A program made the position numbers and the translations under genes. From the NCBI GenBank assembly GCA_041691155.1, contig JBEPVD010000002.1, positions 66,109 through 130,108 on the forward strand: a stretch of DNA of 64,000 nt. Reading direction: 5' to 3'. The notes beneath the pieces were generated by a model. It was not told the origin of the DNA, ran no database searches, and saw only the letters and a list, made by a program, of their open reading frames with translations. This document shows, piece after piece, positions 8,537 through 16,403 of this stretch. Within the stretch, counting starts at the first letter, position 1. Each line of letters begins with the position of its first letter. The stretch comes from Candidatus Dormiibacterota bacterium (lineage in GTDB: Bacteria > Chloroflexota > Dormibacteria > Aeolococcales > Aeolococcaceae).

Positions 8537-10141
8537 ATGCGGTCATCGAAAGGCAAACTCTTGTTTCTGGCGGTTCTGCCGCTAGCGACACTCGCTGGGG
8601 TCTCCGGGGGAGGCTCCGTGGCTAATGCATCGGCGGTGCACACCATCCTGAACTGTACGAAGGCCTCAACCTGTACCGAGGTGCACGACTCGGAGGCGGT
8701 CTTCGGCGAGGGGGTCTACGTCGGCCATGACGAGCCGTCGACGCTCTTTTACTCAAATCGCGCAGGTTCCGGAAACTCGAACCAGTGGCAGCTCAACCTG
8801 CCGAAGGATCCGTCGGCTTCGGCTCCGTTGACACCCGGCAAGGCGTACAACTTCCAGTTGCATCCCGCTTTCTGGTTCGGTATGGCGATGTGCGACACCC
8901 AGTCCTACCCGAACTTGGTGAGCACCTGCACCCCTGACAGCGACAAGAACATCGTTGATCCGGCCATCTCGCCCAAGCACCCGGGGACGGCGTTCATGGA
9001 GATGCAGTTCTACCCGCCCGGTTGGGCAGCCTGGCCTGCGGGGAACAGTTGTGACCCCACCAAGTGGTGTGCCGCGCTGAACATCGACAGCCTCTCGCAG
9101 AACCCGGTCACCGGGCAGAGCCAGAATGCGACCTGTGCGGCGCACGCCGGTCTCGAGTACGTCAACTTCGCGTTCATCACCCTCAGCGGGAAGCCCCAGC
9201 CGGGCTCGCCGCCTAACCCGGTGAACTCGACGATCAGCACCTTTACACCCAACGCGGCTGCCGACCTGTTCATGAACTCCGGCGACAAGCTGAGCGTTGA
9301 TGAGCACGACACTGCCCACGGGCTTCAGATCGTCATCAGGGACAAGACCACCGGGCAGACCGGGTCCATGACGAGTAGCGCTGCTAATGGCTTCGGCCAG
9401 GTGCAGTTCCGGCCCCACGGCAGCAGCTGCAACAACATCCCGTACGACTTCCACCCCATGTACAGCACGTCGTCTGAGAAGACGCGCGTTGTGTGGGCGG
9501 CACATTCGTACAACATCGCGTTCGCCGATGAGATCGGCCATTTCGACTACTGCAATGACCACGTCGTATCGGGCGGCGTCTGCACCACCACCGAGGGCAA
9601 CGGCATCACCAAAGAGGCTGCCGATGGCGATGACGGCGGGTGCTTCGACAAGACTCAATCGACGCTGGTGCGCGTGAGCGGATGCCTCGGGACCAACACC
9701 GGGTTTGACGGCGTGCCCTACACGCCGGTCTGGCCGGACGGCAACACCCGGCTGCACCCGACTAGCGTTCAGTTCTCCAGCCCGATGACCAATGGTTCCA
9801 ACTTCCAGCGCATGGCGTTTGAAGCGGACCTGCCGCGCATCGAGGACGCGACGGTGTGCGATCGGTTCACCGGCGCCGGCTGCACGCTGATTCCGACGAC
9901 CGACGACCTCGGCCCGGACGGAAATCCGGCGCCGGCGTTGTTCTACCCGTTCTTCAGCACCGCGAAGGTTGATGGTTCCTGCATGTGGCAGCTCGGCAAC
10001 CACATTCCGGGGAGCACCAATGACTTCGGCCAGAACGCTCAGTACGGGACGCTGTTGAACCTCACGTACACGACGACAGGAGGTGTCCCGACCACCCGGT
10101 ACAACGACTTCCGCAACATCCTTTCCAAGAACCCCTGTTAG
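8537..10141 (+). CDS. secreted hypothetical protein, Cys-rich, family not identified
   Basis: ATG 8537 has GGAGGT 8 nt upstream. Signal peptide KLLFLAVLPLATLAGVSGGGSVANA. Conserved-looking GHDEPS and FYPPGW blocks. 534 aa. Confidence 0.75.
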   Translation: MRSSKGKLLFLAVLPLATLAGVSGGGSVANASAVHTILNCTKASTCTEVHDSEAVFGEGVYVGHDEPSTLFYSNRAGSGNSNQWQLNLPKDPSASAPLTPGKAYNFQLHPAFWFGMAMCDTQSYPNLVSTCTPDSDKNIVDPAISPKHPGTAFMEMQFYPPGWAAWPAGNSCDPTKWCAALNIDSLSQNPVTGQSQNATCAAHAGLEYVNFAFITLSGKPQPGSPPNPVNSTISTFTPNAAADLFMNSGDKLSVDEHDTAHGLQIVIRDKTTGQTGSMTSSAANGFGQVQFRPHGSSCNNIPYDFHPMYSTSSEKTRVVWAAHSYNIAFADEIGHFDYCNDHVVSGGVCTTTEGNGITKEAADGDDGGCFDKTQSTLVRVSGCLGTNTGFDGVPYTPVWPDGNTRLHPTSVQFSSPMTNGSNFQRMAFEADLPRIEDATVCDRFTGAGCTLIPTTDDLGPDGNPAPALFYPFFSTAKVDGSCMWQLGNHIPGSTNDFGQNAQYGTLLNLTYTTTGGVPTTRYNDFRNILSKNPC

Positions 10142-10164
10142 GGGACTGATCCAAGCAGTGTCCG

Positions 10165-10192
10165 GAGGGCGGCCCAATGCTGGGCCGCCCTC
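10165..10192 (+). terminator. intrinsic terminator candidate
   Basis: gagggcggccca-atgc-tgggccgccctc: a perfect 12-bp stem with a 4-nt loop, 24 nt after the stop codon, followed by ttc. Confidence 0.6.
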
Positions 10193-10358
10193 TTCGGGCG
10201 CTGCCTACATCGTTTGGCCAAGTACGGTCCGGCTCTAGGTTTCAGCTCTTTTCAGTCTCCGAAGCACCGGTTTGCGGCCCCTGTCGACCGGGCGGGGATG
10301 CGGGAAATCGGGAGCATCGCCCTTCACTTCACCAACGCGGGCCAGCGAACAACCACCA

Positions 10359-10390
<32 letters not shown>

Positions 10391-10413
10391 TCCAACCGGG
10401 GCGCCAAACCGTG

Positions 10414-11661
10414 TTATCGCGGAGTGGTTTGGGAGGCCCAAGCCGTGGCGATGGCGTCGACCACAGCCAGGATGCGCTGGGTTCCGCCGTCGTCGCCCTT
10501 CTCGAAGTCATCGCCCGCTGTGGCCAGGGTGTTGGTGACGTGGGCCACGCACACGACGGCTCGTTGGCGTGAGGTGGCATACGCGTAGAGCGCGGCAGCC
10601 TCCATCTCGACCGCATGTACGCCGGCTCGGGTTGCTGCGGCGATGGCAGTTGCAGTCTCTCGGAAGGGCGCATCAGTGGTCCACGAGGCGCCGGTGAGCA
10701 CTGGCTCTCCGAGTCCGTCAAAGGCCCGGATGAGAAGTGCACTCAGCTGGGGGTGCAGATGCGACCACTCACTGGGTTGAAGGTAGTGAAGACTGGTGCC
10801 TTCGTCGCGCCAGGCCTTCTCGATGAGGATGAAATACGGCGGTTCACCCATCGGCAGAATGCGGCCAGCTGAGGTCACCGAAACCACGAGTTCGCATCCC
10901 GATGCGTGCAGCTCCTCAGCAACGAGCACCGCATAGGGTGCTCCGACAGCACAGGGCACAATCCCAATCTCACGAGCATCTCGATCGGTGATCCAGAGCT
11001 CTGAGTGGTAGCACGCCCAGCCCTGGTGACGCCGCGCGAGTCCGTCGGCCTTGAGGTGACGGACGACGTCGCCGTCGGGATCGAGGACGCACACGCTTGG
11101 CACCGGCGAATCGGGCAGTCGCCGCTGTCGACGGCCTTCACGCAAGAGGTTGTGCACCCGGAAGACGGAGGGCTCTTCGTATTGTTTTTGGCGTAGCAGC
11201 GGTGGCCCGTGATGACCGTTGTTGTGTGCGCCAGGATCCCGATCAGTGACCGGATTCGGCGGCCATGACACCACCGGCAATCCGGCCGCCGCCCACGCTT
11301 CGAACCCACCGATGACATCGCTCGCTTGTCGCAGCCCGATCCGCTGCAGCGTGGCCGCGACGAGGCTCGACGAGTAGCCTTGGTTGCAGATCGCAATTAC
11401 CTGTTGGTCCACCTGCGTTATCTCGGGCATGTGGTCGGGAGAGGTCGGATCGAGACGCCATTCGAGGACATTCCGGTCGACGACGATCGCCCCGGGAATC
11501 GTCCCATCGCGTTGACGCTGATCGACAGGCCGGGTGTCGATGAGCAGGGCTCCACGGCGCATACTCTCTGCCGCTTGAGGAGCGGTGAGCCGCGTGATTG
11601 TGCGCCGCGCTTCAGCAAGAACTTCGTCGATTGAGCTGGGCTCATGATCAATGGAGGGCAC
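10414..11661 (-). CDS. rhodanese domain fused to a PNP/UDP-family nucleoside phosphorylase domain
   Basis: N-terminal rhodanese (LIDTRP..., active-site loop AICNQGYSSS, GGFEAWAAAGLPV). C-terminal phosphorylase (VVSVTSAGRI, WRDEGTSLHY, VHAVEMEAAALYA). One uninterrupted frame. GTG 11659-11661 is chosen because it overlaps the upstream gene by 14 nt. Confidence 0.7.
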   Translation of the reverse strand: MPSIDHEPSSIDEVLAEARRTITRLTAPQAAESMRRGALLIDTRPVDQRQRDGTIPGAIVVDRNVLEWRLDPTSPDHMPEITQVDQQVIAICNQGYSSSLVAATLQRIGLRQASDVIGGFEAWAAAGLPVVSWPPNPVTDRDPGAHNNGHHGPPLLRQKQYEEPSVFRVHNLLREGRRQRRLPDSPVPSVCVLDPDGDVVRHLKADGLARRHQGWACYHSELWITDRDAREIGIVPCAVGAPYAVLVAEELHASGCELVVSVTSAGRILPMGEPPYFILIEKAWRDEGTSLHYLQPSEWSHLHPQLSALLIRAFDGLGEPVLTGASWTTDAPFRETATAIAAATRAGVHAVEMEAAALYAYATSRQRAVVCVAHVTNTLATAGDDFEKGDDGGTQRILAVVDAIATAWASQTTPR

Positions 11662-12286
11662 GCGCTGCCACCCACGTGAACGGTTGCGTCGTCCCGGCTG
11701 GCGTGACGTGATCCTCGCGCCGAACCGCCACGATCTCGAAGCTGCCCACGAGCAGCGAAGCAATGTCGTCTGCGGAATATCGCGCCACCGGCAAGCCGGA
11801 GCAGCGCTCAGGCCCGTCGGGCGCGAAGGTGCCGATGATGACGTGGCAGCCGGGGCACACGGCAGCGGTCAGGACTTCGATGTAGCGCTGCCGGTCCGCC
11901 ACGTTGACGAGGAAGTGGAAGACTGCTCGGTCGTGCCACAAGTGATAGCAATGCGCAGGTTGCCACGAGAGTATGTCTGCCTGAACCAACTGGGCTCCCT
12001 GAGCGCGTCCCAGCCGCTCCCGCGTCAGCGCCAGCGCAGCAGCCGAGACGTCGAGGACCGAGACATCGAGGAATCCGCGAGCGAGCAGGCGATCGACCAG
12101 CGATGAGGCCCCGCCGCCAACGTCGATCACCGCACCATCGCGCGCTACGGCGAGGGCTTCGATCAGTTCGAGGGGTACTGTCGGTTCCGGCTGATGCCAG
12201 CTCAATTCAGTCGGCGCACCACGACGGTAGGTCGCATCCCAGTGATCGCCTCGGCTCTCCGCATGAGCGGCGATTTGATTCGACAT
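11648..12286 (-). CDS. class I SAM-dependent methyltransferase
   Basis: Motif I VIDVGGGASSLVDRLLARG followed by DVSVLDVS. ATG at 12284-12286 (MSNQIAAH). Confidence 0.8.
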   Translation of the reverse strand: MSNQIAAHAESRGDHWDATYRRGAPTELSWHQPEPTVPLELIEALAVARDGAVIDVGGGASSLVDRLLARGFLDVSVLDVSAAALALTRERLGRAQGAQLVQADILSWQPAHCYHLWHDRAVFHFLVNVADRQRYIEVLTAAVCPGCHVIIGTFAPDGPERCSGLPVARYSADDIASLLVGSFEIVAVRREDHVTPAGTTQPFTWVAARALH

Positions 12287-12445
12287 CTCGCTAGTGTCGC
12301 ACTCGACCAAAAGGCATTGAGCATGGCGGACATGAAGCTCGCATCGCTGGGGTCTTTACGATGCATGCCGCGATGGCTCACCGTAGCTCCCGGCTGGGAC
12401 AGCTGCCCGCGGCCACCGACCCGCGGCGTCCGCGATGGCTGAGGT

Positions 12446-12763
12446 CTAGAAGCGGTCGCCGGGTATGGTTGCGGCTAGCGCCGCAGCATGGGGATGGTTG
12501 TGCTCCCCCGGTCCGTGGCCGTCACTGGAGCAGGGATGTGGTTGGTGTCGAGGACTTGCCCGGTCGGCCGTATCCGAGAGCTTTGCGCCGTCCTTCTCGG
12601 CGCGGAAGGCATCCTGGCACTGCGCTGATCAGAAGTAGTAGCGGACAACTCCGACCTGATCGGAGGCGGCGGCACTGCTCGGCGCGATCTCCATACCGCA
12701 CACCGGGTCGGTGACGAGGGCCAACAGCTCCGCATCTGCGGGCCCCGATCCCAGTTCGACCAC
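12446..12763 (-). CDS. YHS/TRASH-domain metal-binding protein interrupted by an in-frame TGA at 12629-12631 (selenocysteine candidate or nonsense pseudogene)
   Basis: The frame reads VTDPVCGMEIAPSSAAASDQVGVVRYYF-TGA-SAQCQDAFRAEKDG... and stays open for 60 more codons to TAG 12446-12448. This fits the pattern C-X22-[TGA]-X3-C. Candidate starts are GTG 12763 or TTG 12724. Confidence 0.5.
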
Positions 12764-12811
12764 GACGTCAGCCGCTGCCCTTGGCGCTGTGTGCCGCTCC
12801 CGAGTTGGTGG

Positions 12812-13015
12812 ATGATGGGCGGCGAGTTGCTGGTTGCAGCGCTTGTCATTGCCGGCATTGTGTTTGCGGTAATGCTTGGCTCCCATGCCCGGAGCGCGGT
12901 GTCGCCTGTACCCGGAATCAGCAATGCGCGTGCGATCCTCGAGGGGCGCTTGGCGCGCGGCGAAATCGACGAGCAACAGTTTCAACGGCGGTCGAACCTG
13001 TTGTCGTCGTCCTGA
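12812..13015 (+). CDS. SHOCT-domain membrane protein
   Basis: MMGGELLVAALVIAGIVFAVML is a TM segment, followed by the C-terminal SHOCT signature ARAILEGRLARGEIDEQQFQRR. GTG 12791 is an alternative start. Confidence 0.75.
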   Translation: MMGGELLVAALVIAGIVFAVMLGSHARSAVSPVPGISNARAILEGRLARGEIDEQQFQRRSNLLSSS

Positions 13016-13074
13016 TCGAGCAGATGTGACTTTCGGCTCTGGCGCCCTGATGCGGACAGCCGGATAGTTGAGCC

Positions 13075-13596
13075 ATGACCTACACAACGCCAGCGGTCCA
13101 AACCGCAACTCCGCCACGGCCGCATACCGGACGGCGGAATCCATGGCTCATGGGAGTCGGCCTGACGGTGATCGCATTGATCGCAGTCGGCGTCGGCGTC
13201 ACCGTCGTCCGCGGCAATGGCACTTCATCAACCGGTAACGCCGCTACCCCACGGTCGGCATCGACGCAGCTAGCGGACGTGCAACAGTCTTGTCAGCAGT
13301 GGTCCACGAGTGCGGCCTCACATCCCGGCATCGGCTCACCCAGCGGAGGGTCGTGCGCCGCCTTAGGCGAGTGGATGGGTCGGCAGTTGGCAAGCGGGCA
13401 CATGGACGGCGTCGCAATGTGGGGCAGCGCCGCAACGCTGCAGTCCACCTGTCAGCAGTGGATGGCCACGGGTTCCGGATCGACAGTCGCCGGGACTGGC
13501 GCGCAATCCTGGTGCGGCGAGATGGCCGCCTGGATGGCGCAACACGTCGGCAGCTGGCGTACGTGGATGGTGAACGGCACCATGATGGGCGGCTGA
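13075..13596 (+). CDS. membrane-anchored Cys/Met/Trp-rich protein with an internal duplication (CQQW...C..EWM)
   Basis: N-terminal TM segment (WLMGVGLTVIALIAVGVGVTVV). Two ~50-aa repeats, SCQQW...SCAALGEWMGRQL and TCQQW...SWCGEMAAWMAQHV. Ends in MMGG. Confidence 0.65.
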   Translation: MTYTTPAVQTATPPRPHTGRRNPWLMGVGLTVIALIAVGVGVTVVRGNGTSSTGNAATPRSASTQLADVQQSCQQWSTSAASHPGIGSPSGGSCAALGEWMGRQLASGHMDGVAMWGSAATLQSTCQQWMATGSGSTVAGTGAQSWCGEMAAWMAQHVGSWRTWMVNGTMMGG

Positions 13597-13606
13597 GTCG
13601 GCGACG

Positions 13607-14077
13607 TCAGCTTGTCGGTGACCTGACCGCGATCAGACGCGTGGCGCCCGATGCCAGCGGGAGCCTTGAGCACCCCGAGGCGCCGGCCCGGAATGCCGTT
13701 TCGTTCGGCTGGAGCGGGGTCGCCCACTCGGACCACAGTGGCAGCACCTGTGGGTTGGAACTCGCCGCTCGAGGGTCGTGGCGCACGATCAAGATCGATC
13801 CCGGGATCAACGGCAGATCCACGTCCCCCGGGGCTGGTGTGTACAGGGGCTCGGGCCGCGGCTGCAGGCGGAGAATCCGACCGTCGCCGCTGATGGTCAC
13901 GGTGCCGGCGAGGAGGCCGACACCGCCCGCAACGGGACCCCGGCAGCCTGCGCTCGTGCTCGTGGGGGCGGCGGATGGCGTGGCGTTGCACCCGGCCCCG
14001 GCCATCACCGTCGCGAACACTGCTGCATAACGGAAGGCGATCAGCACTATCGGTGATACGTCTGCTCGGCGCGCCAA
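13607..14077 (-). CDS. putative secreted/lipoprotein, hypothetical
   Basis: TTG start. The N-terminus MARRADVSPIVLIAFRYAAVFATVMAGAGC looks like a signal peptide with a Cys (non-canonical lipobox). It competes with two overlapping shadow ORFs. Confidence 0.45.
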   Translation of the reverse strand: MARRADVSPIVLIAFRYAAVFATVMAGAGCNATPSAAPTSTSAGCRGPVAGGVGLLAGTVTISGDGRILRLQPRPEPLYTPAPGDVDLPLIPGSILIVRHDPRAASSNPQVLPLWSEWATPLQPNETAFRAGASGCSRLPLASGATRLIAVRSPTS

Positions 14078-14141
14078 GTTCCGCGATGCACGCCGGCGTT
14101 GCCCACATCGTCGTTCGGCCGGGCTGTCAGAATCCTGCAGC

Positions 14142-14801
14142 GTGAGTGGCTGTTGCAGCCCGCGTGGCTATCGGCGCTTCTTCAGCGAGCAGAAGGCGAG
14201 GTCTGAAGGGAAGCGCTATCGCTCCAAGGGCCCCGACGCGATTGCAAAGCGCGTCGTCGAGCCTCTGCTCGAGCGCGGGGTGGAGGGCAGCACCGTCCTT
14301 GAGATTGGCGGGGGCATCGGAGCGGTCCAGCTCGAGTTGCTCCGGTCCGGGGCGAGCCGAGCCGTGAGCGTCGAATTGACGCCGACGTATGAGGACACTG
14401 CCCGCGGCCTGCTTGATGAGGCCGGCTTCGTCGATCGTGTTGAGCGCAGGGTCCTCGACTTCGTTGAAGCCGGCGACGATGTCGGGTCGGCCGAGATCGT
14501 CGTGATGAACCGCGTGGTTTGCTGCTACCCGGATATGCCGAGGTTGGTCGGTGCCGCCGCCGACCACACCGGAGGCATCCTCGTCATCAGCTTTCCGAGA
14601 AGCACCTGGTGGACGCGATGGGGCTTGGCGGCGGGCAACCTCCTACTCCGGGTAGCGCGGCGCGAGTTTCATGTTTTTGTTCACTCACCCGACGAAATAC
14701 GGCGGATCGCCGAGCTGCATGGTCTTCGATCCCTCGCGGTCCGGACCGGGGTTTTCTGGCAGGTCGGTAGCTGGGAGCGGCCGACAGAAGGTCTCCCTTG
14801 A
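14142..14801 (+). CDS. class I SAM-dependent methyltransferase with an N-terminal CC/basic extension
   Basis: Motif I VLEIGGGIGAVQLELLRSG. N-terminus MSGCCSPRGYRRFFSEQKARSEGKRYR. Confidence 0.8.
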   Translation: MSGCCSPRGYRRFFSEQKARSEGKRYRSKGPDAIAKRVVEPLLERGVEGSTVLEIGGGIGAVQLELLRSGASRAVSVELTPTYEDTARGLLDEAGFVDRVERRVLDFVEAGDDVGSAEIVVMNRVVCCYPDMPRLVGAAADHTGGILVISFPRSTWWTRWGLAAGNLLLRVARREFHVFVHSPDEIRRIAELHGLRSLAVRTGVFWQVGSWERPTEGLP

Positions 14802-15191
14802 CCCTTGGCTACGATCAACCCTTGTACCTCTTGGCCTTCGATCATCGGGGTCGTTTGAAACGGGGAGAGTCGCGGTCCGGGTTGGTAGAACCGTCAGTCG
14901 CGCGACCCAGGTGCAAGCTTGCGCAGGCGGGCCCGGAGGGATCTGAATGCTCTCCCTTTTCAGGCGCTTGAGGATCACCTCAGCATCATCATTGGACGTC
15001 TCACCAGCTTCGACCGCCTCGGCCAACTTCGTCGCGGCAGCTAGGAGCGACCCACCCCAGAAGCGGCGTGACCGGAGCTTGGTCCACTCGATGGCTTTAC
15101 CGGCGCGCGCAGCTCACCCGAAACGGCCAACGAGGCCAACTCGGTAGCTCACCCGGGGGCAGGGAACTCTTAGAGTCCGCACGGCGTAGTT

Positions 15192-15761
15192 ATGGGTATG
15201 AAGCGATGGGGCATACCCCTGTTGACGCTCGCGGGGGTCGCCGTCATCGGCACGCCGATTGCCGGCTCGGCCTCTTGCGCAGCCCCGATTCCTCTCGCTG
15301 TCGCAATAGCCGCCGCGCCGACCGTTTTTGTCGGCACCGTCGAAAGCCTCAGCAATGGGGGACGCGTTGCCGCTGTCCAGGTGGACGATGTTTGGCGGGG
15401 AAGCTCGCTCCCGACGATGGTGCAGGTTGTTGGGACTCCAGATCTGAACGCAGCTGCGACCTCGGTCGATCGCACCTACCAGTCCGGCACGCAGTACCTT
15501 TTTGTCCCCACGAGCGGCGGCCCCGACAGGTTCCAGGACAATACCTGCACGGCGACCCAACCGTTCGCGGCCTCCCTGAGCGGGCTCCGTCCGGGCAACG
15601 CCCCAGGCCCCCCCGCGGCAACGCACCCCCCGCTTTCCGAAGACCCTGGACAGGGCTGGCTCATCGCGATACTGGCGCTGATCGTCTTCCTCATTCTCGG
15701 TGCGGTCGTTCTGGCGGTCTGGTATCGCCGGAGGGGTTTTCGCGCGCATCCCGCCGCCTAG
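15192..15761 (+). CDS. secreted, C-terminally membrane-anchored hypothetical protein
   Basis: Signal peptide MGMKRWGIPLLTLAGVAVIGTPIAGSAS followed by Cys. Pro-rich linker. C-terminal TM segment WLIAILALIVFLILGAVVLAVWY plus RRRG. Confidence 0.65.
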   Translation: MGMKRWGIPLLTLAGVAVIGTPIAGSASCAAPIPLAVAIAAAPTVFVGTVESLSNGGRVAAVQVDDVWRGSSLPTMVQVVGTPDLNAAATSVDRTYQSGTQYLFVPTSGGPDRFQDNTCTATQPFAASLSGLRPGNAPGPPAATHPPLSEDPGQGWLIAILALIVFLILGAVVLAVWYRRRGFRAHPAA

Positions 15762-16268
15762 CGCTGAGCGCTGCCGGTGCAACGGATTGAGCGGCTCATC
15801 TCCGGGGTCTGGTCGCCAGCCGTCTCGCGGGTTCACCATTGCGGTCGGCGATCCCGCCTGAGAAAGTTGGCCGTGAAGGCACCAGGGCGCCGGCGCAGCG
15901 CCGCGACCACCGCCCCGGCCAAGACGCATCGGGAGCTGCGCGATATCCAGAGCAGCCAAGGCGAGTTGCGCCTGAGGCGCAGGTGCTGCGCCTAGAGACC
16001 TCCCGTTTCTACCTACTCCGCTTCATCCCCGTCGTCGGAGGCGCTGGAGCCGATCGCCGGAGCCAGCGACGCCGGTTGTTGGAATGATCGCCGACCCGGT
16101 GCCCGTGGGCGCTGCTGCTCGCCCCTTCTGGCTCGGCCGGGTGGCTCATCGCGGGCATGCCCGCTCGCCCCATTTGGCGGAGGAATTGATGCAGTCCTGG
16201 GCGTCCAGCAGAGGACAGTGACGTACGCTAGCGAACGCGCCGCGCCCTGTGAGTCGAATGCGAAAGAG

Positions 16269-16352
16269 TGCCGAGAAAGGGAATCGAACCCTTACGCCCT
16301 TGCGAGCACAGCGCCCTGAACGCTGCGTGTCTACCAGTTCCACCACCTCGGC
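16269..16352 (-). tRNA. tRNA-Leu (anticodon CAG), class II with a long variable arm; no encoded CCA
   Basis: The reverse complement reads GCCGAGGTGGTGGAACTGGTAGACACGCAGCGTTCAGGGCGCTGTGCTCGCAAGGGCGTAAGGGTTCGATTCCCTTTCTCGGCA. Acceptor stem GCCGAGG/TCTCGGC, anticodon stem CAGCG/CGCTG with loop TTCAGGG, T-arm AAGGG-TTCGATT-CCCTT. Confidence 0.93.
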
Positions 16353-16403
16353 CGGTGCCCGCTGATGGTACCAGCGCCCGCCGGGACTGACGACGCTCGC
16401 GCT

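Noticed and set aside
12791-12811. GTG 12791 as an extended start for the SHOCT gene (MPLPSWW...).
   Set aside because: The downstream ATG-ATG at 12812 gives the typical SHOCT N-terminal TM segment and leaves a slightly larger divergent spacer to the YHS gene. The longer form cannot be excluded.
14803-15026. A short plus-strand match, PLYLLAFDHRG (reminiscent of the N-terminus of an aldolase/DUF2090-type protein), and the minus-strand ORF 14685..15026 (AEAVEAGETSNDDAEVILKRLKRE...).
   Set aside because: The match is only about 11 residues and the frame decays immediately. The minus-strand ORF has no recognisable domain. This is too little evidence even for a pseudogene call.
15762-16268. The 500-bp gap on the 3' side of tRNA-Leu, examined as a possible integration site (att repeat, integrase remnant).
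   Set aside because: I could not find a copy of the tRNA 3' end, an integrase or any mobile-element gene nearby. The ORFs in the gap (15777..15995, 15839..16087) are Arg-rich with no motifs.
16146-16346. A 66-aa ORF on the minus strand that overlaps the tRNA-Leu gene.
   Set aside because: It is simply the translation of the tRNA sequence.
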